64,000 nt of DNA from contig NC_087437.1 of the NCBI RefSeq assembly GCF_036321535.1, forward strand, positions 49,850,001 through 49,914,000, given 5' to 3'. Below, piece after piece: positions 35,461 to 46,970 of this stretch. The position numbers were made by a program, and so were the translations under genes. The notes under the pieces were generated by a model. It was not told the DNA's origin, did no database searches, and saw only the letters and a list, made by a program, of their open reading frames with translations. Source of the DNA: Camelus dromedarius. Its lineage: Eukaryota. Position 1 is the first letter of the stretch; each line of letters begins with the position of its first letter.

Positions 35461-38400
35461 ATCAAAGATTTTTGCAACTCTACTCGAATTTGTTCTAGTT
35501 CTAAGTACACATGTCTGCCTTTGTTGGATAATAAGGTCTTCAAGAGTAAGGACTGAGTCCATCCATCTGTGCAAAGTTTTCATACATACAAAGCAAGAGC
35601 CTAATAAATCTGATAAGCTCAAGTCTCGGTGGACACTTTAAATCTTATCACTAAATTGTGTAGACTTAGTTGAGCACCACAGAAGGACTAGACAGTGAGC
35701 TCCCTGTTAATTTTGGAACGCTTAGTATCTTGTGTAGAGGCAGGTGCAGAGCAGATATGGAAAACGTTATTCTTTAATAAATGAATGAAAAAACCTTGAA
35801 TCTAAAAGCACCTCTGTCCATCACTAAAATTCTCATTTAAAGAAAAGAGAAGAAACATCCTTTATGAATGTTTGTGCTAACTGAACACTTAAACTCATCA
35901 TGAGTAAACATAATCGTATCCTAGTATGTCTTAAATATGCCCTGCATGAATAAGGTGTGAGTTTTACAATCTCATTTGCTCTATCTATGTAAAACCTTCT
36001 TATTTGGCTTCAAAGTCTTCAACTTCACAGCAAAATTTCATTATGTCCCAGCTGAGTTGTTTAATGGAATTAAATTTCACCCTTTCTAATTATCTTTTGG
36101 AACAGACAATCTTTACAGAATAATTAGTAATAGAAGAACATAATGGATCATTGTCTTTATTACTGCAAAGAAATCCTAGATGCTGCTCTAAATCTTAAAA
36201 AAAGATCTCATGAAATATAAAATGTATTGAATCCTTCCTCTTAAATTATGTAACATTTAAACTTTGTCAACATAGCTTAAAGATGATGGGAGGTAATTAT
36301 TTTCCTGCTTCACTTTAAATTATTTTATGAAACTACTTTAATGATCCCATTCAAATTAATTATGCTTACACTTCATTTTCAAGATTTTTATTGGTAGAAC
36401 ATTCTATTATCAAACACAATTTAAATGCATATTTTTCTCACTCATCTCAAGATCTATTTTGCTTCCGTGGACAATTTTTTTTCTAGACCCCCAACCTAAC
36501 TTCATTAAGCTGTATATACAGAATATAAAAGAGGGCTAAAAATCTACTCCAGTCTTTTAAAAAAATGAAGTCTAATTAAAAATCATTTCACTTACTCATC
36601 TAAAAAAGCATAGTGCCATTGGAAAAAATATATTAAACATAGCTTAATGAAAAAGAAATGTCCCAACATGGGTAGCTAAAAAAACCAAAATCACCAATAC
36701 ACAAAAAAATTGTTTTTTTTCCTCTTTAAATGTTCCAGCAATTAAAACTTACCTTTAAAAATGGAAGATAGGAAATGTAGTAGAAAAATGAGTAGGGTCC
36801 TTCTTGGACTTCTAGTCTTTATAGTTTAATTTGTTGAGAATTTAAAATTACAGTAATTGCCCTTAAATAACTGACATTATTTGACACTACAACAACAGAG
36901 GAGTGGAAATGACTGACAAACACACAAAAGACTTTTGTTATCTTTGTTTGTCTGCCTGAATAAATCTCAACAAGTATTTCAAAGATTTAAATTTATAGCA
37001 TACTTAATAGCCATTAGATGGCCAATCCTATTGGCTTTCAGCTACGTTGCACTGACACTCAACATTTTTGGTATCAACTTCTTTAACACATCTAGTTTGT
37101 CTCAACAGCTATCTTTAAACTAAATTATTACCTCTAAATTAAACATTTTGATAAAATATGTGGAATTAAACAGAACTAACTTGAGTTAAATAGAGCCCCT
37201 TCATCTGTCTTCCCCTTTATTGAGGACTGGATTGTGGAGGGGAGGGGAGGTTTGAAATGGCAATTTTGAAAAATGTAACTGACTGCTTACCCACCCATAT
37301 ATGACGGTAAGTTGGTTACTGTTTGGATTAATGATTTCTTTCTTAGCAAATCAAGTGAATTTAAGATATTGATAATCAAAACCATTTTTTGCGACTTAGA
37401 TGTCAAGCAGAGATCACCCAAAGAAAATCAGATCTGCCATATAATTTCAAATTCCTGCAAAGAATTTTGAATCAAAATGACATGGAGGAATTAATATTTT
37501 TAATTACTTTTATTTAAGTATTTAATTCTTATATTTTCCCGTTTCTAAAATAAGGCATAATCTACAAATCAGCATAAAATAAGAGTTTCTTCTTAAAAGC
37601 CCCATTTTACTTCCTCGTGAAAGTAAACATTTAAAGAAAACAACTGAATTGCAATAATCCCTTAATTGGTATCACACTTTCCATTTTGCAAACTGTTTTC
37701 CCTAACATTGACTTGACATTTACCTGACTTGTAAAAATTTAGCTCCCTTTTGTGTTTTAATTTTGATATCAAGTTCCATTTATACCAAAAGAAGAGACAC
37801 AACTCATTCTACGTGCATTAAAATATAGTGACTTTCTGTTGGTGTAGTAAAGTAAGGAAAAGTTACATACCATATAAAGAAGAGTCTTCCGGGGGTGTGA
37901 GTACTAGGAAAATAGGAAATGTATTAGGTTTCTAAGAGGTCAGAGGGGTTAGGTCATGAGGATGAATGGGGCACAGGGGGCTTTAAGCTCAGTAGTGCAT
38001 GGTTCGCTTCAGAAGAAAGATTCTCTTTTTCTTTATAGACGTGTTTCTATTTGCCCTTTATTACATTACCTTAATAGATTAAAAGGTACTAGATTGTTTA
38101 TCAGGAAAAACATTTATTATTTGTACTGCTTGGGACTAAGTATGCAAAATTATGAATACTTGATTTTTCCTTTAGTCCTCTTCTAAGACTTTTACGAAGT
38201 TAAGGAAAGCACATTTTTCTTATCTTGATTCTAAAGACTTTTTCCCTGTAGCTGTTTGGCCCACACCAGCTGTTTATACTAATTGCTTAATTAACTAGTA
38301 GAAACCAGGATTCATTCTTCTGACCAAATAAGAGAATTGTCTTCTCTCATCCTCACCTAGTACAGGTGAAAAGCTCCCATAGCTTTATGTCTGATACTGT

Positions 38401-40734
38401 CATTGCAATGTCACTCCTTCCCTTCTTCTCTTTCCAAGTGATAAAACCTGGGCTCATCTTTTTCTTGATGGTTAATGAACATTTCCCCCACTGTTACAGG
38501 AAACAAGTCTCTGTTCAAATATGAAGTATTTCAACAACTTCTTCTAAATGTGAAATCAGTGATATTCTTTATGTCAAATTAAGCCATTGCAACCCTACCT
38601 TTTGAGCTGAGGATGTTCATAGTTAGGATGCTGAATTCAAAATTAGGTATTGGTCTCCTCTCAGAGACCAGAAAACTTTACCTCAATCCATAGTTATTCT
38701 ATTTCAGTTAGCAAATAAAGAGAGGTGACTGGCACAAGGTGAAAACTATTTTTAGCAGCTTGAGGGTGAAATACTAATGGGTCTATCAGTTCCCAGTGCC
38801 CAGTTATTTAATCTTGGTCATATACGAGTAGCAAACAGAGAGCCTGATGTCTTCACCCCGCTTTCAGAAAGGAGACAGTGATCCTGGATGCTACGTTTTC
38901 CTGTGAATGTAGCTGCCCCTAAGCTGATAGGATCAGCAAACTTCCTAAAGCCTACAGGGGGGATTGATGTTTTTCAAAGAGTTTCTAGGAAAACAAGGGA
39001 AGCAGAAGTTCCTACTCCTTGGGGTAGAAGGCCAGAGTAGGGAGAATTTAAAACAACAACAACAAACAAACCCGGCAACAAGGGATTTGTTCTTGTTGAT
39101 TCTATTCCAACAGAAAAGAAGAATATGTTCTTACATCGTTCTTCTCTTTAAAGATTTATTTGAGGTAAATAAATTTGACGTGTTCAAAACGGGGCTTAAC
39201 AAAAAGGAAAATATAGATTATGTGAGTGGCAAACACAGAAACATCACCTGAGGAATTATAAATTGATCAATTATACATCAAATTAGCATTTAATTTTGGA
39301 CTCTATATGGGCAGTATGTTTGGTTATAGCTATAACAGATCATTCTTAATTTTAATATTAGTATTTGAGTGTGTGTAATAGTGATAGAATAGCTTTACCA
39401 CTTTGATTTTGGTCGCCCGCTAATAGCAACATTAATTTGGAAAGCAATACATAAATGGACTGCTTTGCTGTGTTTTGACATAAAACTTGTACTCATGCAG
39501 GTTATATGGTTTGTCCCTTTGTTAGTGGACACCTTGACTCTGGATTGAGATTATTTGAAAGATCACTTTTTACCAAACTTGAGCAGGTATTAGTGAGTTT
39601 ACTTTTTTCTTTTCACCTTATGTGAAATAAAGCCAGCGTCTTTCTATCGTTGCAGGTGAAAAGGTTGATCTATAGTCGCTAACTATTTTCTTTAGGTTAT
39701 TACAGATTCTCAGGATAAAAACAGAAAAGTTTATTCATAGTTTTGTTGATATCAGAGCTGAAGTAATTTGATTATTCCTTTCTAATTTAAAGCAATTTCT
39801 TTAACTACCAAACAGTAGGAAAAAGCAATTAGTATTCATGTTATTTTTATGCATTATGCAATATTAGATAAGTGATATGTCAAGACTTTCGCAGATATAT
39901 TCATATTTGGAAGCACACTCATTTGCAATGATTTTGGTTAAAGGTATATTTAGCAACAAAATGATCTGCTTGGAGATATTAATTTTTTTTCAAATCTCAT
40001 GTCCACAGTTGACTCCACTGCTACCAAATAAATTGTACTGTTAGAGCAATACATTAAGAAACACAATGTATCTTCTTGCAACTAAAAACACTCAACAGTC
40101 AAACTGAACTTAATAAAATATTTTTATGATAGTATTTGGGGGGAAAACATAAACACACAAGTAAAATTTAAATTGAGTGAATATTCTATTGTCTGCCACA
40201 GGGAATAAACATTTTCATATTTATTTCCTCTTTATAAGTGTAACTAGTAACTATAACTTTTCCCTATTTACTTCTCTTTGGTCCTTCTGTTAATTAAGAA
40301 TTTCACCTAGATAGAGGGTCACACAAACATACTAGCATTTTGCTAAGTTGCAAACAGCAACATTAGAGGGAAATAGTATTTGATCTGCCGGCTCCTGGAT
40401 ATCTAGCTGTTGATCTCAGTCATACACAGAGATTCTGTCATACCCAGGAAACAAAAGGTCCAGAACAGTAGGGCTTTCTTTTGAAAGTAGCTGTATGCTG
40501 GCTATTAAATGTTAAGGCTGGTTCTATGCAAGGAAATAGTCTTATTTGCTCCTCCGAGAAAACCCCTTGTATTTGTAGTACTCCTACATTGAGAAAAGCA
40601 TTCTGGTGCTTTTTGAGATAATCATATGTTTCTCAGGGTTTTGTTTTGATTTCCTATTAAGCCAAACCACACACAATGTTGGTGGGGATGGCTCAGATGT
40701 GATCAACCTTGTGGTAATGCACAGTAATAACTAA

Positions 40735-40955
40735 ACCCTTTTTAATGCCTTGCTGTAATACCGGGGATGGGACATAGCACTTAGTGAGGACCTGCATACA
40801 CGTTGGGCACTGCAAATATACAGCAGATACTGCAGATACGTTACGCAAATCATCACATCACAATATGTCAATGAGATAGATATTATTATTATGCTTCCCA
40901 TTTTATGGATGAAGAAACTGAGACTCAGGGGCAGTAACTTGCCAACATTTTTAGA
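40735..40955 (-). mobile_element. MIR SINE
   Basis: attattattatgcttcccattttatggatgaagaaactgagactcaggggcagtaacttgcc. Confidence 0.75.
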
Positions 40956-42111
40956 ATTAAGACAATACACAAAACTGATAAACTTCCCAACGGATACCTA
41001 ATAATGAAAGCTTTACCTCATAATGGAAAAGCTTTGCAGAGCATTTTCATTCAGGACAGTTCCACAAACTACTGTAACCAAAGAATTTTCCAGTTTGAAT
41101 TAGTCACTTGTTTAAAACATGGGCTGAATCCTGACCTTGCTTAAAGCATTAATAGAGTGGCCGCCCTGTGTTTTCTGCCGCTGCATCAGGTAAATGGAAG
41201 GTTCCTCACCACTTACTGTGCACATCAGTCTATTTTTCTCCCACTGTGTAGTTTTTATTTTGACGCTTCTCTAAAACTGTATTTCAGAGTGTGAACCAGA
41301 TAAAAATATAAAAATAAAAAGATACAATGGTGTTTCAAAAAGCACCCCTATTTGTTGAAGGGTCAAGAATTTTTTTTCATGGATAAAAAATGTGACATGT
41401 TTTGCTAAGTCTTCAAGAAACATTCAAGTACTGGATTACTTCTACATTAAGATTGGCTCTATACAAGCATGTATTTCTTATTTGACTCACCAATCAATAA
41501 AGAAAACCCTTTGTCTCCCACGTACACAAGTCTTCTGGTATGCAACTGAGGATTATCATTACTCTTTTCTTCATAAAATCTTTGATTTTTCCCTTCTGTT
41601 AAACCACAGTGCACAAAAGATTGAGGAGGGATTGCCACAGTCCAAACAAATATGTCATATATTTTAGCAATGCAAGCAAACCGTAAAAAAGCAAGATTCC
41701 TGGAAGCAGATGAAATTCAGACTGGGTTCGGTCAAGCATATTACTTGTATTATTTTTGTCACAGTTTAAAAAAAAGGTTTTACTTCCTTTTTGTCTGCCC
41801 ACAAGACCTTCCTGCACCTTAAAGAGTCCTTACTATTATTACTATTGTTATTTTATTTAATTGACAGGTTATTTTTTTGAAAGAACAATGAGATGGACAA
41901 GTTGGTCTCTTTTGGAGAAAGTTATTAATAAGTCATTTGAAGCTAACAGACTGGAAAATAATTTGTGGCTCGTAGAAGTGACAAAGTATCTTGAATTTGA
42001 AGACATTGTTTATAGCAGATGTTTGGGAGTTAAGAACTCACAGGACTTTGATTACCAATAATATTGAATCCAAATGCAATGGCAACAAACAAGTTGCAAG
42101 TTCTTATAATG

Positions 42112-42370
42112 AAACTAGCTGACATTTGTTGAGGGCTTAATATGCACAAGGGACTGTTTAAGCGAATAAATGCATTACCCCATTTAATCTTCACAACAGT
42201 CCCTATGAGGGAGGTACAAGTATTGACCCCATTTTACAGATGATGAAACTGAAAGTCCAAGAGAGCCATCACTTGTTCAGTGATGCACAATAAATTGTTA
42301 ACCTGAGTTTTAACCCAGATCGGTTTGACCCTAAAACTTGTGAGTCTAATCTACACTACAACCGTGCCTC
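42112..42370 (-). mobile_element. MIR SINE, near full length
   Basis: tagctgacatttgttgagggcttaatatg...catttaatcttcacaacagtccctatgagg...ccccattttacagatgatgaaactga. Confidence 0.88.
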
Positions 42371-42384
42371 CTACTCAGAATCCT

Positions 42385-42700
42385 AAAGCATTCAAACTGG
42401 ATGCAGTGTCCGCCATTGCAGTCCAGTCTTTTTCTTCTACAGATGAAGAAACTGAAGTTTTAAAATGTAACTACGTGGGGCAGGGTATATAGCTCAGTGT
42501 AGCATGCTTGAGGTCCTAGGTTCAATCCCCATAGCTCCATAAAAAATAAATAAATTTATAAATTACCTCCACCCCAAAACAAGCAAACAAACAAAAACAA
42601 AACAAGTAAAATGTAACTATGTCTTGCCCATCCTCCTAATAACAAATTAGTGGCTGAGCAGGACTAGAACTCAGGTCTCCTGCCTTCAGTTCCACACAGG
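42385..42700 (-). mobile_element. MIR interrupted by a Vic-1 SINE
   Basis: tacagatgaagaaactgaag | SINE | cttgccca...ggactagaactcaggtctcctgcc. Confidence 0.75.
42477..42606 (+). mobile_element. Camelid Vic-1-type SINE (long form, internal deletion)
   Basis: ggggcagggtatatagctcagtg|tagcatgcttgaggtcctaggttcaatcccc...taaataaatttataaattacctccacccc plus an A-rich tail; TSD taaaatgtaacta(c/t)gt at 42461-42476 and 42607-42622. Confidence 0.88.
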
Positions 42701-43679
42701 ACACCATTCTATCATTTAACGAAATTTGCATCACCCAGGAGACTAGAAGACTAGCTGTGCAGTTTAACCCACCAGATAAAATACCCAAGAGCTAAATTCT
42801 GGTTGCTCCTGTGTTTTCTAACTTGTAGCTGCTTCATTGCAGGATCATACAACACATGATGCGACAGGGACTTAAAGCCACACATAAAACATATTAAATG
42901 TAGTCGGCAGTGATGAGATTTGGTACCAAATAAGAAGCTTTAATTAATTTTAAATGGTGCTTTTCATAGTGTCAAAAGCTCAGTCCACTGAAGTGGAAAA
43001 GGGGGTTGGAATGGGAGCGCCTAGCAACCCGGCTAATCTGGGCCCTTCTGAGCAAGCTCATTTGGAATTCTTACATCAGTGCATCGGCACGCCGAGGTGG
43101 GGCTCATGGGGACAAACAAAATAGCAAACCCAACTCGGGCACCACTCAGAATCCCACATCCCGGGGAGGCCTGAGAGCTCAGCTGTATTAAGGGGCCGTT
43201 GGAGTTTCCCTGTTATTTGTCTACTTTTTGAGGATTAGAACTTCCGCTGGGCTGTGTTCATCTGTGCTGAGAATTTAAACTCGGTGCATGCAACAACAGG
43301 AACAGTGAGATCGGCTAGAAATGTTCAAAAAGAAGTCTGTTTTGACTTTTAAAAGCTTTCAGATGCACAAAGAGAAATAAATTGAGGGGTTTCCGATTTC
43401 TTCTGGGAGTCTACATTTGGTGGTGGTGTCTTTTTTTCTCTTTCTCCCTCCCACCCCCACACTTCATGAGCCTTTGTTTTTAAAACTGTGACAATGCAGA
43501 TATTCACCATGTGGACTCAGTTGAGTGGTATCCTGTTGGAAAGGCTGAGATGTTCACGTGGTTCTTAAGCACACTCACACACGCGCCCAATAACCTTCTT
43601 TTCCTCTTCATGACATCGGAATAGGAACTATCAATGGGACCTCAGAGACCACAGAACATATAGTAAGGACCAAACAGTG

Positions 43680-43820
43680 AGGACTACTTGAAGACTATTG
43701 GAAAATTATGTGACACAGTTCTCTGGTTGTACAGGTAAGGAAACTGAGGCTCAAGTGTCATGACAAGGATAAGGACACAACTCCAGATTCCCCCATTTTC
43801 CTTTTCCTTTCCTTATTACG
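43680..43820 (-). mobile_element. MIR fragment
   Basis: tacaggtaaggaaactgaggctca. Confidence 0.55.
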
Positions 43821-43936
43821 CAGCTCACTATTTATAGGTATCGTTTATAGGGTAGCATACAAATAAGAGCGAGGTGCTACTTGGGATTGTAACATATTTA
43901 CTATTTTTAATACGACTGTGCCTTGCATGCTACATT

Positions 43937-43963
43937 GATGATGATGATGATGATGATGATGAT
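43937..43963 (+). repeat. (GAT)9 microsatellite
   Basis: Read directly. Confidence 0.95.
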
Positions 43964-44191
43964 ATAAATCTTGATTAGCTCTTAACAACTGAAACACTCA
44001 TTTGGGTCAACAATCCTGGATCAAAGATTCCCCCCAACCCTTTTATTTTAATCTTAAATAAATGCACACCTTGTCAGCATGAAAATAGCTAACTACAAAA
44101 TAATTCTAAGTTTCTGATGGCCATCCATTTATTAACAAGATCACTAAGTATTTTTCCAAACCCAGACTTGACTCTCTTTTGTCCTTTACAG

Positions 44192-44288
44192 AGAAAAAGA
44201 GTGAAACATCACCCATTCCCTACTCATGTTCTCTGTTCCTTTTGAACATACAAGGGTCTCCAGAATCGGAGGACAGCCTACAGGCTAG
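44192..44288 (+). other. Candidate 97-nt spliced exon (gene unknown, possibly non-coding)
   Basis: Acceptor ttgactctcttttgtcctttacag| and donor tag|gtgagt; no recognisable peptide. Confidence 0.25.
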
Positions 44289-46559
44289 GTGAGTTGCTAT
44301 TTGCAGTGGGAATTACAGACAAAACAATTTAGGCAAGCATCCAAAAGTGCATGCCTAGCCAGTGGTCTACACTCTGAAAAGGAACTAGAAATGATCAGGT
44401 TTCCATCACAGGAGTTTTAGAAACTTGATATTTGCAAGATTGAAAATATTTTTAAGGAAATCCTTTCTTAAGGTATTCCATTTTTTTGTTGTTTGGCTTC
44501 TTTTCTTTTCTTTCTTTTTTTTTTAATTTCTAGTTTAGATCCAATTAGAGTGAGGAAGTAGAGGAAGGAGCAAATAGAATAACAATTATACTTTGCATTA
44601 AGTTAGAGAAAGACAACAACACTGATTTTCTACTATTAATTTTGAACATTTTAATATTAATGAAAAGTCACAGAAACTCAGGTCAACTCTTTATTGGGGG
44701 TTTCAAACTTTTTTTTCCAGTAAGGATATTTGAAATATTATTCACAGTTATTTAAGTCATTCCATTTACTCCGCCTTCAGTATCCAAATCCACCCCAACT
44801 CCCCCAGCTCCCTGCAAACAATTAGGTTTTTTTTCTACTTGACCCTCTGCCTCCTTAATCACAGCCCAAATATGAAATGCTGCCATTAGTGTGTTATACT
44901 GAATTTTTATATCAAATATATTTTTATATTGAGTTTTATCTTCTTGGCCTGATCTACCATTCAATTCAGAAGGAAAAAATAAAACTGAAGGGAGCCTGCT
45001 TAACTTGCTTTATAAGTATCTCTTATCAAAGAAATATTTTATATAGCACTCATTCAATATCTACTGGGTTTAATATATATATATCATGCAATTTTCAAAA
45101 ACCAAAATGTTCTTGGCATACATGAAGTATAAAACTACCAAATATTACAATAACTGAATCAATAGAATTTATAAATAGATATCTGCTTTGCCCATCTGCA
45201 CAGCTAAAATGCAAATAATGTATTAATTACAACTTTGAACAGAAGAAAAATGAGGCTTAAGCACTAATCTGAAAACATCCCTTTTGGGCATGTGGGAATG
45301 TACAGTATGAAACTGCCTCCCTCAGCCACTTCGTAACCACATAAGGAATAATGTCGCAGGTAGTAGATGTTGCCAGTACAGAAAATGGAGGGTGATGTGG
45401 GGGTGGGTGCATGGGGAGGAATCCAAAAAAGTGTTAGTGGAAAAGCAGTAACTTTGTACACATTAGTTGAAAAAAGGGTAAAGAACTTTTGTTAGCCTTA
45501 TATAAGTTCAACAACGAGAGAGTAAAGGTTAAGGATCCTACTTTCAGCTCTCCTGTGGAATTAGAAGTCCATTCTCCCATTAATACACAGGGGATTTGCA
45601 CATGAGAATGGGAGTTACATGAGCAAATCTTTCAGGGGTCTGTGAGAAAATAAACTCCAACAAGAATATGTGAGTTAGATTTTACAATAGACTGATCATC
45701 AAAAAAGGCATGCCTGTGGAGGCTTTAATATCTCAAGAGACATCTATAAATACATGTCCAAGTGCGCAGACATGCGTTTATATACATATATAGACTGTGT
45801 ATAGACTGCACACATAGATATGTGAAATCTGTGTGTATCAGTGTACACGCGAACTCTAGTCAGTGAAACTCTCCAGCTCATAAGTGCTCCAACTGTTTCT
45901 TGTTATTGTGCTGTTTTGAGGACATGATCACAGCACATAAAATTTCATTTAAACAATTAAAAACGATTGAAAGAAACTCAAATGCACTTCTTGTGAATTT
46001 TTCTTTTACTTTCTTTTCTTCTTCTTTTCTTTTTTAAGTTGCCTCAACCACAAAACAAACATATACATGCTCACGGCAATTTTTCTCACTTGAGCCTTTT
46101 CAAACAATGGTTGTAAGCGTCTCTGTTTTTCTTTACAAAGACCCAAAGAGGCAAACCTTCCATTTTCTTTTGCAGTTGCAGTTTGGACTTTAGCTGGCAG
46201 ATTTTTGCCTAAAACGTCTCTGCACTGTGGGAAGAGGGGTGCGTTATAGGAAAATTAGGATAGTTTTTGTTATTAATGTGTACATTATAATATTAAAACC
46301 TATAAGGATGTGGGCGGCAGGCTCGCAGTTATTAGCTGATTTCAGTTCTTCTCTGAATCTGTTTGCTTACTTCTATAGCAACTTGTTGATAATAGGAAGT
46401 CTTTGGTGAGAAACGGCATGAAAAACAATGAAAAGCATCAGATTTAATAAAGTATCTAAGGAGAGTCTTCAAATGACACCCACACTACGAAGGGAAAGCC
46501 AAATTTGCTTTTTCTGAGGGGAATTTGTGTTTGTCAGGAAGGGTTCCTGGAGGCTTTGT

Positions 46560-46970
46560 CTGGAGGCCTTGATGTGTGACCAGTGCGCCACAGGCCGCGC
46601 GTCACCCTTGCCCTCCTCCACCCCGCTCTGCCCACCCATACCGACACCGCAGGGGGAAGGGTTTCAGAGCAGAAAGAATCAAAAGCTGAGGGACGGGAAA
46701 AAAAGTGCTTTTCAGGGTCTGATGTGTGGGAATCAAATGAGAGGCCTAGCTCAAATCCGGTCGCCAGGCAACCAAAGTGATATGCTGAGGGAATATCATT
46801 AAAGTTGGAAAGTAAGCAGTCTCTCTGAATTAGTAAACCGACCACAGGATGGACGCCGCGCCCGGACTCCATCAGGGCTGGAGTGCCGTCTCTCCACGGA
46901 GGACGAGCAGGGGCTCCGCTAAGTTACAGGGGGAACCGAGAGGGAGCAGGAGAGAGAGAACGCAGCTGAT
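46560..46970. promoter_or_regulatory. Weak CpG island / candidate regulatory element
   Basis: About 21 CpGs in about 420 bp by hand count (gccgcgcgtc, gacgccgcgcccgg), far above the surrounding sequence; not repeat-derived as far as I can tell. Confidence 0.5.

Noticed and set aside
39261..39336. Perfect palindromes AATTGATCAATT and GTTATAGCTATAAC
   Set aside because: Several 12-14-bp palindromes are expected by chance in 64 kb of AT-rich DNA, so they are not informative alone.
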